This document shows positions 9,100-16,988 of a stretch of DNA of 64,000 nt, one piece after another (position 1 is the first letter of the stretch; every line of letters starts with the position of its first letter). The stretch is from Clostridia bacterium (lineage in GTDB: Bacteria > Bacillota > Clostridia > Oscillospirales > Acutalibacteraceae), in assembly GCA_017467405.1 (NCBI GenBank), contig JAFTSH010000001.1, positions 229,542 through 293,541 of the forward strand. Direction: 5' to 3'. The notes under the pieces were generated by a model, which was given only the letters and a program-made list of their open reading frames with translations, had not been told where the DNA came from and searched no databases. A program made the translations under genes and the position numbers.

Positions 9100-9944
9100 T
9101 CAAGATCCTCTTTTCCGTCGATCTTTTCCTTGCGCAGCTTACCCTCCAAAAGGAGCTGCTCCATCTGGTCGCGGTTTCCCGTTTTGAGTGCCGCGCTGTA
9201 CTTCGTGAGCTCACTTACGATGTTGTCGATCTCCTCGGCGAGGAAGTCGGCGTTGTCAAAAAAGAGCTCGGTCCACATCTTTTCGTTAAGCCACGCAACG
9301 CGGGTGAGGTCGCGGTAGCTTCCTGCCGAAAAGCCTGCGTGGCGCAGTGCGCGGGGGCTCTTGACGTAGGCGTTGGAAACGACGTGTGCAAGCTGTGACG
9401 TGTAGGCGATCAGCGAATCGTGATCCTCGGGGGTGGTGATCTCGATGTTGGTAAATCCGATCGAACGGAAGAGATCCCTCATCTTGTACAGTGACACGAT
9501 GTCGATATCCGAAAACGGGGTGAATATCATCGACGCGTTTTTGAAGAGACTTTCGCTCGAGTAATGGAAGCCCGAGAACTGCTTACCTGCCATGGGGTGT
9601 CCGCCGATAAAGACGAAGTCGCTCTCGTCGGCAAGCCCCTTCACCTGATCGCATACCACCCTTTTGACGCCGCAGCAGTCGAGAACGATACAGCCCTTCT
9701 TGAAACTGCCTGCGTTTTGGTTTATCCAATCGACGGTGGCCTGCGGATAGACGGCAAGTATCACCGTGTCACATTCGCAGACCCTGTCGGGGGTGAGGAT
9801 GCCGCTGATGACACCCTGCGCGCCCGCCTTCAGGACTACGCTTTCGCTTATATCGTTTCCGAGAACGGAATGCTCGGTGTTTTTTGTGATGGCCTTTGCG
9901 AGTGAGCCTCCGATGAGACCCAGGCCTACTACTCCGACAGTCAT
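9096..9944 (-). CDS. tyrA: Prephenate dehydrogenase
   Basis: N-terminal Rossmann VGVVGLGLIGGSLAKA and GGHPMAG. The ATG at 9944 has a GGAGG RBS. There is a 4-nt overlap with the aroB start. Confidence 0.88.
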   Translation of the reverse strand: MTVGVVGLGLIGGSLAKAITKNTEHSVLGNDISESVVLKAGAQGVISGILTPDRVCECDTVILAVYPQATVDWINQNAGSFKKGCIVLDCCGVKRVVCDQVKGLADESDFVFIGGHPMAGKQFSGFHYSSESLFKNASMIFTPFSDIDIVSLYKMRDLFRSIGFTNIEITTPEDHDSLIAYTSQLAHVVSNAYVKSPRALRHAGFSAGSYRDLTRVAWLNEKMWTELFFDNADFLAEEIDNIVSELTKYSAALKTGNRDQMEQLLLEGKLRKEKIDGKEDLE

Positions 9945-9955
9945 TTTTACCTCCG

Positions 9956-10972
9956 TCAGATCTCGCGGCACGCGAAGGGCAGGACGTTTCTCACGGCATC
10001 CATCACGTCGCCGAAGGCGTCGGGGGTGAGTGACTGCGGTCCGTCACAGAGTGCGTGTGCGGGGTCGTTGTGTACTTCGATTATCAGTCCGTCGGCGCCC
10101 GAAACCGCGGCGGCGAGGGACATGGGCTTTACGAGCTTACAGATTCCCGTGGCGTGGGACGGGTCGATGATGACCGGCAGATGGGTCATTCTGCGCAGCA
10201 TGGGAACGGCCGAGATGTCTAAGGTGTTGCGGGTTGCGGTCTCAAAGGTACGGATCCCGCGTTCGCAAAGGATTACCTTGCTGTTGCCGCCCGCCATGAT
10301 ATATTCGGCGCTCATCAGAAGCTCCTGCAGGGTGTTTGCGAGTCCCCTTTTCAGGAGGATGGGCTTGTCCGAATGGCCGAGCTGTCTGAGGAGCTCAAAG
10401 TTCTGCATATTTCTTGCGCCCACCTGAATGACGTCAACGTCACCGAAAAGGTCGAGTTGGGAGAGGTCCATTATCTCAGTAACGATCGGCAGTCCCGTCT
10501 CCTTCTTGGCTTCGAGCAGAAGCTCAAGACCGTGTGCCTTGAGTCCCTGGAAGGCGTAGGGAGAGGTGCGGGGCTTGAAGGCACCGCCGCGAAGCAGCGT
10601 TGCGCCCGATTCTTTGACGCTCTTTGCAATTCCGCAGATCTGCTCGGGGGATTCGACTGAGCAGGGGCCGGCGATTACCTGAAAGTTTCCGCCGCCTATC
10701 TTTACCCCTCCGACGTCTATCACGGTATCGTCGGGGTGGAACTTGCGGTTGGCGTTTTTATAGGGCTCCTGAATGCGCTTTACATCCTCGACGATGTCGA
10801 GCGCACGGATGAGATCCATGTCGACGCCCGAGGTATCACCGACGAGTCCGAGGATGAGGGAGCTGGAGCCTTCACTGCGATGTATTTCTATCCCCTGAAG
10901 CATAAGCCACTGTTCAAGATTGGAGAGCTGCTCGGGGTTGGGGTCTCTTTTGAGAATGACGATCATTTGCAT
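9956..10972 (-). CDS. aroF: 3-deoxy-7-phosphoheptulonate (DAHP) synthase, type I-beta with N-terminal ferredoxin-like regulatory domain
   Basis: 338 aa. The core motifs are GPCSVES, KPRTSPY and DPSH. A ~70-aa N-terminal extension resembles that of Thermotoga-type enzymes. Confidence 0.9.
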   Translation of the reverse strand: MQMIVILKRDPNPEQLSNLEQWLMLQGIEIHRSEGSSSLILGLVGDTSGVDMDLIRALDIVEDVKRIQEPYKNANRKFHPDDTVIDVGGVKIGGGNFQVIAGPCSVESPEQICGIAKSVKESGATLLRGGAFKPRTSPYAFQGLKAHGLELLLEAKKETGLPIVTEIMDLSQLDLFGDVDVIQVGARNMQNFELLRQLGHSDKPILLKRGLANTLQELLMSAEYIMAGGNSKVILCERGIRTFETATRNTLDISAVPMLRRMTHLPVIIDPSHATGICKLVKPMSLAAAVSGADGLIIEVHNDPAHALCDGPQSLTPDAFGDVMDAVRNVLPFACREI

Positions 10973-11073
10973 ATACCTCCGATATACGGGATTTCCTTTT
11001 ATTTTACTTTAAAATGGGGCAAATGTAAAGAGAAAGTATGCAAAGAATTGCAAAAATAATCTGTTATATATAC

Positions 11074-11102
11074 TTGATAGTTTGTGCAAAAAGTTGTATT
11101 AT
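11074..11102 (+). promoter_or_regulatory. Promoter candidate
   Basis: TTGATA (11074-11079), 17-nt spacer, TATTAT (11097-11102). Confidence 0.4.
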
Positions 11103-11149
11103 GTTATAAATATGCAGCATAATGCTTTTGAAACGGATGTGAAAAGACC

Positions 11150-11932
11150 TTGAAACGCTTGCTTGCCCTTCTTATCTCGGTGCTGATGCTGATGATCTGC
11201 CCGCTGTCTGCCCTTGCGGCCGAGACGGTGAGGCTTGATTCGCCCGACGAGATCAGCATGGTCTTTGCCTCCGACTACACCGCCGTGACAAAGGACAATC
11301 TTTCAAAGCGCGGCGAGCTTATAAAGTTTCTCGGAAAGAGCGAGGGCGATTTCAACACCCTTTTTGCCGACGGCTGCGTAGCGTGGGCGATTTCGTCCGA
11401 CTACAAGAAGCAGATATCCGTCCGCTTTGCAAAGGACGGCGTTAGCGAGAAGATCGTCAATCTCGCAAAGCTCGACGAGAAGACCCTTTCAACCGCCAAA
11501 AAGCTGCTTACGGGCTCGGTTACCGGGGACGATACGATGCGTTCCTCCGTCGACACGGTGAAAAAGGGTGAACTTCTGTGGGTAAGGGTTGCCGCTACAC
11601 CTCTTGACGAGCAGTCGGGCTCGGCGGCATTTCTTTACTATACGACGGTCGTTAATTCCTATTGCTACGTCATCTGCTTCTCCAACGAGAGCGGACAGAT
11701 AACCGCCGACGACAGAACCGCCATGTCGGACTTTGCCGACACCGTTACGATCGGTGATCCGGAAGCCGACGAAGAAACTTCAAGCAGGGTGCATACCGTC
11801 GTTACCTGCGTTCTGGTCGGTATTCTGCTGATCGTTGCGGCGTTTTGCATCAGACACATCGTTTCGGTCGAGCGCAGCCGCAAGATCGAAGAGGATTATC
11901 GCCGCAAGGCACCTAAAAAGCCCCGCCGTTAG
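11150..11932 (+). CDS. Hypothetical secreted protein with C-terminal membrane anchor
   Basis: Signal peptide LLALLISVLMLMICPLSALAAE, a ~190-aa ectodomain, a TM helix VVTCVLVGILLIVAAFCI and a basic tail. The ORF track uses a TTG start and the RBS is weak, so the start is uncertain. Confidence 0.55.
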   Translation: MKRLLALLISVLMLMICPLSALAAETVRLDSPDEISMVFASDYTAVTKDNLSKRGELIKFLGKSEGDFNTLFADGCVAWAISSDYKKQISVRFAKDGVSEKIVNLAKLDEKTLSTAKKLLTGSVTGDDTMRSSVDTVKKGELLWVRVAATPLDEQSGSAAFLYYTTVVNSYCYVICFSNESGQITADDRTAMSDFADTVTIGDPEADEETSSRVHTVVTCVLVGILLIVAAFCIRHIVSVERSRKIEEDYRRKAPKKPRR

Positions 11933-11959
11933 GGTCTAACGGTACGTTCTATGCCCCAC

Positions 11960-12014
11960 GGTCAGTTCGCGAAATCCTGACCCGGCGTCGGCCGAAAACA
12001 AAACTAATGAAGGA
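11960..12014 (+). promoter_or_regulatory. Candidate preQ1-responsive riboswitch in the queT leader (class uncertain)
   Basis: A 6-bp stem GGUCAG/CUGACC with a loop starting UUCGC, an extra small hairpin CGGC-GUCG-GCCG, then an A-rich tail AAAACAAAACUAAUGAAGGA running into the SD. The tail resembles preQ1-I tails (AACAAAACAAGG / AAAAAACUAAGG). Confidence 0.4.
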
Positions 12015-12022
12015 TGATCAAT

Positions 12023-12532
12023 ATGGTATCTTACAACGGCAACGGAGTACGTGCGCTCGTGCGCGCCTCGATGATCGCGGCGCTTTACGCAGGACTTACG
12101 CTCGCGCTTTCGCCCGTTTCCTACGGCCCCGTGCAGTTTCGTATAAGCGAGCTGCTTACGGTGCTTCCTGCCATCTCGGCACCCTCCGTCTGGGGGCTTG
12201 CGGCAGGCTGCTTTATCGCTAATATATTCAGCCCCTACGGCTGGGTAGATATGCTCTTCGGCACCTGCGCGACGCTTTCGGCGGCACTCCTTTCGAGACT
12301 GTTCAGAGGGGTGACCTTCAAGGGCGTTCCGCTGCTGTCGTTTCTGATGCCGGTCGTCTGCAACGCCGTAATAATCGGCGCCGAGATAACGCTCTTTACG
12401 GAGGGTGCAGACCTTCTTCTTTTCGGTTGGTCGGCCCTTACGGTGGGACTCGGAGAAGCGGCGGTCTGCTACGGAGCGGGCGTGCCCTTCTGGCTGTTGA
12501 TAACAAAAACGAAACTCAAGAGATTTATTTGA
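12023..12532 (+). CDS. queT: QueT family queuosine-precursor transporter
   Basis: Multi-pass membrane protein (RALVRASMIAALYAGLTLALSPVSYGPVQFRISELLTVLP...) typical of QueT/COG4708. The ATG at 12023 lies 8 nt after the GAAGGA SD. An alternative ATG at 12014 overlaps the SD. Confidence 0.8.
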   Translation: MVSYNGNGVRALVRASMIAALYAGLTLALSPVSYGPVQFRISELLTVLPAISAPSVWGLAAGCFIANIFSPYGWVDMLFGTCATLSAALLSRLFRGVTFKGVPLLSFLMPVVCNAVIIGAEITLFTEGADLLLFGWSALTVGLGEAAVCYGAGVPFWLLITKTKLKRFI

Positions 12533-12546
12533 AAAGGACGAATGTT

Positions 12547-12984
12547 TTGGAAGTATTGATTTCGGTAAAAAGCGTCGGCGGGCTTGCCGCATCCGACGAT
12601 AAAATAGAGATCATCTCCTCCGGCTCGATGGACGTTGAGGGCGATCTCGTCACCCTTACCTACCAGGAGTCGGCAGACGAGGATATGGTCTTTACAACCA
12701 CGCTTACGGTCGACGGAAACGACCGTGCACAGCTTACAAGGAGCGGCCCCTTCGCAGGCACCCGAATGACCATCGAAAAGGGACGCAGACACCTTTGCCA
12801 CTATCAGACACCCTACGGGTCGATGATGATTGGTGTTTTCGGTGAGAAGATCCGCTCAAGAATATCAGAAAACGACGGCGGACAGATCGACCTGTGCTAC
12901 ACGCTTGACGTTAATTCCGAATTTCACGGACGCAACGAGGTGTCGATCTCGGTAAAGCCCCGCCCCGGCGCAGTGTTGTCCTGA
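12547..12984 (+). CDS. DUF1934 family protein
   Basis: ~145 aa (LISVKSV...GDLVTLTYQE...TTTLTVDGN...LTRSGP...MTIEKGRRH...YQTPYG...). The position directly upstream of argS is typical of this family in Firmicutes. A TTG start at 12547 follows an AAAGGA RBS. The ORF-track ATG at 12427 lies inside queT. Confidence 0.65.
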   Translation: MEVLISVKSVGGLAASDDKIEIISSGSMDVEGDLVTLTYQESADEDMVFTTTLTVDGNDRAQLTRSGPFAGTRMTIEKGRRHLCHYQTPYGSMMIGVFGEKIRSRISENDGGQIDLCYTLDVNSEFHGRNEVSISVKPRPGAVLS

Positions 12985-13018
12985 CGCCCGACAGTTATCG
13001 AAAGGAAGAAACAAACGA

Positions 13019-14761
13019 ATGTCCAATTTAGCTTCAAAAGCCGAAAATCAGGTCAGGAAAATAGTTTCCGACGCCCTTAAGAGTGCAATGGAGAGCGGAG
13101 CTCTGTGTCAGTGCGAGCTTCCCGCGATCTCGGTCGAGATCCCTGCCGATACCTCACACGGAGACTATTCCTCCAACGCCGCAATGGCCTGCGCGAGGGC
13201 CTTCCGCTGTGCCCCTGCGAAGATCGCCGCCGAGATAGTCAGCCGTGCCGATCTTTCGGACACCTTCTTTACCTCGGTTGAGACGGCGGGTCCCGGCTTC
13301 CTCAATTTCAGGCTTTCTCCCTCTTATTTTTCACAGGTCGTTCTTGACGTTCTCGAAAAGGGGGACGAGTACGGCCGCTCGGACTACGGTCAAGGCAAAA
13401 AGGTGATGGTCGAGTTCGTTTCGGCCAACCCCACCGGCCCGATGCACCTCGGCAACGCAAGGGGCGGCGCTCTCGGCGACTGCCTTGCCTCTCTGCTCGA
13501 TACCGCAGGATACGACGTCTGGCGCGAGTTCTACGTCAACGACGCCGGCAATCAGATAGATAAATTCGGCCTTTCGCTCGACGTGCGTTACCTCCAGCTC
13601 TGCCTCGGTGAGGATGCGGTAGAGATGCCCGAGGACGCCTACCACGGCGACGACATCAGGGAACACGCCGCAGCCTTTAAGGAGATCAACGGCGATTCTT
13701 ACGTTTCAAAGAGTGAGGAGGAGCGCCGTGCCGCCCTCGTCGCCTACGCTCTGCCCCTGAATATTCAGAAGATGCAGGCCGATCTCAGAAAGTACCGCAT
13801 TGAGTACGACCTCTGGTTCCTCGAATCGACCGTTCACAAGAGCGGTGAGCTTGCCGAGACAATAAAGATACTTACCGATCGCGGACTTACCTATGAAAAG
13901 GACGGCGGCCTCTGGTATAAGAATACCGAGGTAATGACCGCAAAGCTCAAGGCCGAGGGCAAGAGCGACGAGGAGATCGCAAAGCTCGAGCTCAAGGACG
14001 ACTGCCTTATCAGACCCAACGGCAACCCCACCTACTTTGCCGCAGACATAGCCTACCACCGCAACAAGTTCCTGCGCGGATTTGACACCTGCATAAACTT
14101 CTGGGGTGCCGACCATCACGGACACGTTGCGCGAATGAAGGGTGCTATGGATGCCGTCGGACTCGACGGAGAAAAGCTCAAGGTCGTGCTTTTCCAGCTC
14201 GTCAAGCTGGTGCGCAACGGCGAGGTCGTCAGAATGAGCAAGCGTTCGGGCAAGGCAATTCAGCTTGCCGACCTGCTTGACGAGGTTCCGGTCGACGCCG
14301 CAAGATTCTTCTTTAACCTGCGTGAGGCAAACACGGGACTCGATTTCGACCTTGATCTTGCCGTGTCGCAGACCTCACAGAACCCCGTTTACTACGTTCA
14401 GTACGCCCACGCGCGCATCTGCTCGATACTCAAGAACCTCTCGGCCGAGGGCATAGTCGCAAGGGAAGCCGCCCCCGGGGAGCTCGACCTGCTCACCGCC
14501 CCTGAGGAGAGGGAGCTTATACGTCACCTCGCGGCATATACGGGCGCCGTCGTCAACTGTGCACAGATACTTGACAGCTCGGGAATGACCCGTTACGCGG
14601 TAGAGCTTGCCACCCTTTTCCACAAGTTCTACAACGCCTGCAGGGTAAAGTGCGGCGACGAGTCCTTGATGCAGGCAAGACTTTCCCTCTGCCTCGCCGT
14701 CAGACAGGCCGTCAAAAACCTGCTGACCATGCTCGGAATCGACGCTCCTGAGGTAATGTAA
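13019..14761 (+). CDS. argS: Arginine--tRNA ligase
   Basis: 580 aa with the HIGH-type motif SANPTGPMHLGNARGG and the KMSKS-type MSKRSGK. Confidence 0.96.
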   Translation: MSNLASKAENQVRKIVSDALKSAMESGALCQCELPAISVEIPADTSHGDYSSNAAMACARAFRCAPAKIAAEIVSRADLSDTFFTSVETAGPGFLNFRLSPSYFSQVVLDVLEKGDEYGRSDYGQGKKVMVEFVSANPTGPMHLGNARGGALGDCLASLLDTAGYDVWREFYVNDAGNQIDKFGLSLDVRYLQLCLGEDAVEMPEDAYHGDDIREHAAAFKEINGDSYVSKSEEERRAALVAYALPLNIQKMQADLRKYRIEYDLWFLESTVHKSGELAETIKILTDRGLTYEKDGGLWYKNTEVMTAKLKAEGKSDEEIAKLELKDDCLIRPNGNPTYFAADIAYHRNKFLRGFDTCINFWGADHHGHVARMKGAMDAVGLDGEKLKVVLFQLVKLVRNGEVVRMSKRSGKAIQLADLLDEVPVDAARFFFNLREANTGLDFDLDLAVSQTSQNPVYYVQYAHARICSILKNLSAEGIVAREAAPGELDLLTAPEERELIRHLAAYTGAVVNCAQILDSSGMTRYAVELATLFHKFYNACRVKCGDESLMQARLSLCLAVRQAVKNLLTMLGIDAPEVM

Positions 14762-14771
14762 ATAAACAAAA

Positions 14772-14811
14772 ACGACCCACCGGGCAATCTGCCCGATGGG
14801 TCGTTTTTTTG
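14772..14811. terminator. Intrinsic terminator after argS (convergent with the HAD gene)
   Basis: A ~13-bp stem ACGACCCA.CGGGC / GCCCG.ATGGGTCGT followed by TTTTTTT. Confidence 0.8.
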
Positions 14812-14813
14812 TG

Positions 14814-15467
14814 TCAGCGTGAGGCCGCCGCTTTGACGATCTCGCTCGGATGTGAAACGATAAGATCGGCCGAAGCGCCTTCAAGCTCCTCTCTGTCCCT
14901 GAAGCCCCAGAGAACGCCGATCGTAAAGAGTCCTGCCGATTTTCCCGTCTTCATATCGGTGGCGGTATCTCCGACGTAGAGGCACTCGTCCTTCGAGACG
15001 CCCATCTCGTCAAGCATTTCGAGCACTACCTGCGGATCGGGCTTGAGGGGCTTGCCCGACCTTCCGCCGTAGCAGATCTCTATGCTGTCACCGAAAAGGG
15101 AGTCGGAAACCTTCTTTGCGGTCTCGTCAGGCTTGTTTGAAAGGATGGTGCAGCGTATACCCGCCTTGTTCAGGCTGTCAAGCATATCGAGCACGCCTTC
15201 ATACGGCTCGGTGAGATAGAGAAAGTCGTTGTTATAGGTTTCGGAATATTCCTCGTAGACCGCGTCGAACAGGTCGTCCCTGCCGCCCGTTTCGGCGATC
15301 ATTCTCTCGACCAGCACTCTGGCACCGTTTCCGACGAGTATCTTGTATCTGTCGCGGGGGATGGAGGGCAGGCCGTATTTGTTAAGTGCATTGTTTCCGA
15401 AATAGGCAATGGAGGAAATGGTATCGCAGACCGTTCCGTCCATGTCGAAAATTACTGCTTTTATCAT
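14814..15467 (-). CDS. HAD-IA family hydrolase (phosphoglycolate phosphatase-like)
   Basis: Motif I FDMDGT, motif II ILSNK and motif III/IV K...GDTATD. Confidence 0.85.
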   Translation of the reverse strand: MIKAVIFDMDGTVCDTISSIAYFGNNALNKYGLPSIPRDRYKILVGNGARVLVERMIAETGGRDDLFDAVYEEYSETYNNDFLYLTEPYEGVLDMLDSLNKAGIRCTILSNKPDETAKKVSDSLFGDSIEICYGGRSGKPLKPDPQVVLEMLDEMGVSKDECLYVGDTATDMKTGKSAGLFTIGVLWGFRDREELEGASADLIVSHPSEIVKAAASR

Positions 15468-15484
15468 ATTGATTTCCTTTCGGG

Positions 15485-16987
15485 TTATTTTGTGCGGCGG
15501 AAGGTTTGGTTGAGCTTTCTGAAATACTCCCTGTCAACGCCGTTTACCGTGTCGTTCGTCGTTCTGAATCGCCAATTCATCGTGGGAACTCCCGGGACGT
15601 TCATCCTCGCGTCGGCCCCAAAGCCGCACATATCCTGAAACGGAATTACGGCTGCGGCGGAGGAGGATCTCCAGACCGTTTCGATAATGCTGCGGCAGGA
15701 GGGGCTCCTGCTGCCGCCCTCGCCCCAATCCTCGCCCCTGAAGGAGCAGTAGGAGAGGGCAAACGCCCTGTTTTGCTCATCCGCCTCCCAAAGCCAGCCG
15801 AGCAGGGTGTTGTTGTCGTGCGTTCCGACGCAGGCGACGGAATTTTCGGGGTAGTTGTGGGGCAGGTGTGAGCTGTCGTCCGAGGGATCGAATCCGAACT
15901 GAACCACCCTTATGCCGGGGAAGCCGGTCTTGTCAAGCAGCTCGACGACGTCCTCGCCGAAGACGCCGAGATCCTCGGCTATTATGTCTGCGTCTCCGAA
16001 GCGTTCGAAGACCTTTTTGAAAAAGTCAATTCCGGGGCCGGTCATCCAGCTGCCTTCCTTGGCTGTTTTTGCCGACGCGGGTATCGCCCAATAGGAGGCG
16101 AAGCCGCGGAAGTGATCTATTCTGAGTGCGTCGGTCAGCGAAAGGGAACGGGCAAGCCGATCCATCCACCAGCCGTAGCCGTCCTTTTTCATAACGTCCC
16201 AGCGATAGAGAGGATTGCCCCAGAACTGACCGTCGGCACTGAAATAGTCGGGAGGAACTCCGGCGCACTTGTTGGGACGCATGGTCTTCGGGTCGATGTC
16301 AAAGAGCTCCGTGTTGCTCCATACGTCGGCCGAATCGAGTGAAACATACATTGGTATGTCGCCCAGCATATCAATGCCCAAGGCGTTTATTTGTTCCTTA
16401 GTCCGCTTCCACTGCCGGTCGAAGATATACTGCACGAAGATGTAAAACGAAGCTTCTTTTTCAAAATCCGCATAGTGGGAACAGGCGGTCGAAAACGACG
16501 AAAATTCGTCCCATTTCCACCACTCGACTCCGTTATAATGCGATTTTAAGGCTTTGTAAAGGGAATAAGGCTTTACCCAGCCGTTTTCTGACACGAAGGC
16601 TTCAAGATCGTCGTCGGGGGTGAAACGCTCAAACGCCGCGCGCAGTACCGCCATTCTTTTTTCAAGCGAAAAGGCGTAGTCGGCGGTATAGGGGGAGCCG
16701 TCGTAGCGGCAGGAGGCTTCCTCCTCCCGAGTGATCAGTCCGTCGGACAGAAGCATTTCGGGATCAATAAAGGCGGGGTAGCCCGCAAAGGCACTTTCGC
16801 TGGCGTAGGGTGAGTTACCGGCATCAACGGGTGTCATGGGCAGTATCTGCCAGAAGGAAAAACCGCAGTCGGCGAGAAATTGCGCGAAATCGACCGCGGT
16901 TTTACCGAACACTCCCGTGCCGTAGGGCGACGGGAGCGAGGAGATGTGCATCAGGACACCGGCACGCCGTTTGTCGCAGAAGCCCAT
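15485..16987 (-). CDS. malQ: 4-alpha-glucanotransferase (amylomaltase, GH77)
   Basis: RRAGVLMHISSLPSPYGTG, IDMLGDIPMYV, DHFRGF and GTHDN blocks. The ATG at 16987 (MGFCDKRRAG) lies one nt after the glnS stop. Confidence 0.93.
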   Translation of the reverse strand: MGFCDKRRAGVLMHISSLPSPYGTGVFGKTAVDFAQFLADCGFSFWQILPMTPVDAGNSPYASESAFAGYPAFIDPEMLLSDGLITREEEASCRYDGSPYTADYAFSLEKRMAVLRAAFERFTPDDDLEAFVSENGWVKPYSLYKALKSHYNGVEWWKWDEFSSFSTACSHYADFEKEASFYIFVQYIFDRQWKRTKEQINALGIDMLGDIPMYVSLDSADVWSNTELFDIDPKTMRPNKCAGVPPDYFSADGQFWGNPLYRWDVMKKDGYGWWMDRLARSLSLTDALRIDHFRGFASYWAIPASAKTAKEGSWMTGPGIDFFKKVFERFGDADIIAEDLGVFGEDVVELLDKTGFPGIRVVQFGFDPSDDSSHLPHNYPENSVACVGTHDNNTLLGWLWEADEQNRAFALSYCSFRGEDWGEGGSRSPSCRSIIETVWRSSSAAAVIPFQDMCGFGADARMNVPGVPTMNWRFRTTNDTVNGVDREYFRKLNQTFRRTK

Positions 16988-16988
16988 C

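Noticed and set aside
11936-12592. A 218-aa Arg-rich minus-strand ORF.
   Set aside because: It is antisense to queT and its leader, and its translation is dominated by Arg, Lys and Gly with no motif.
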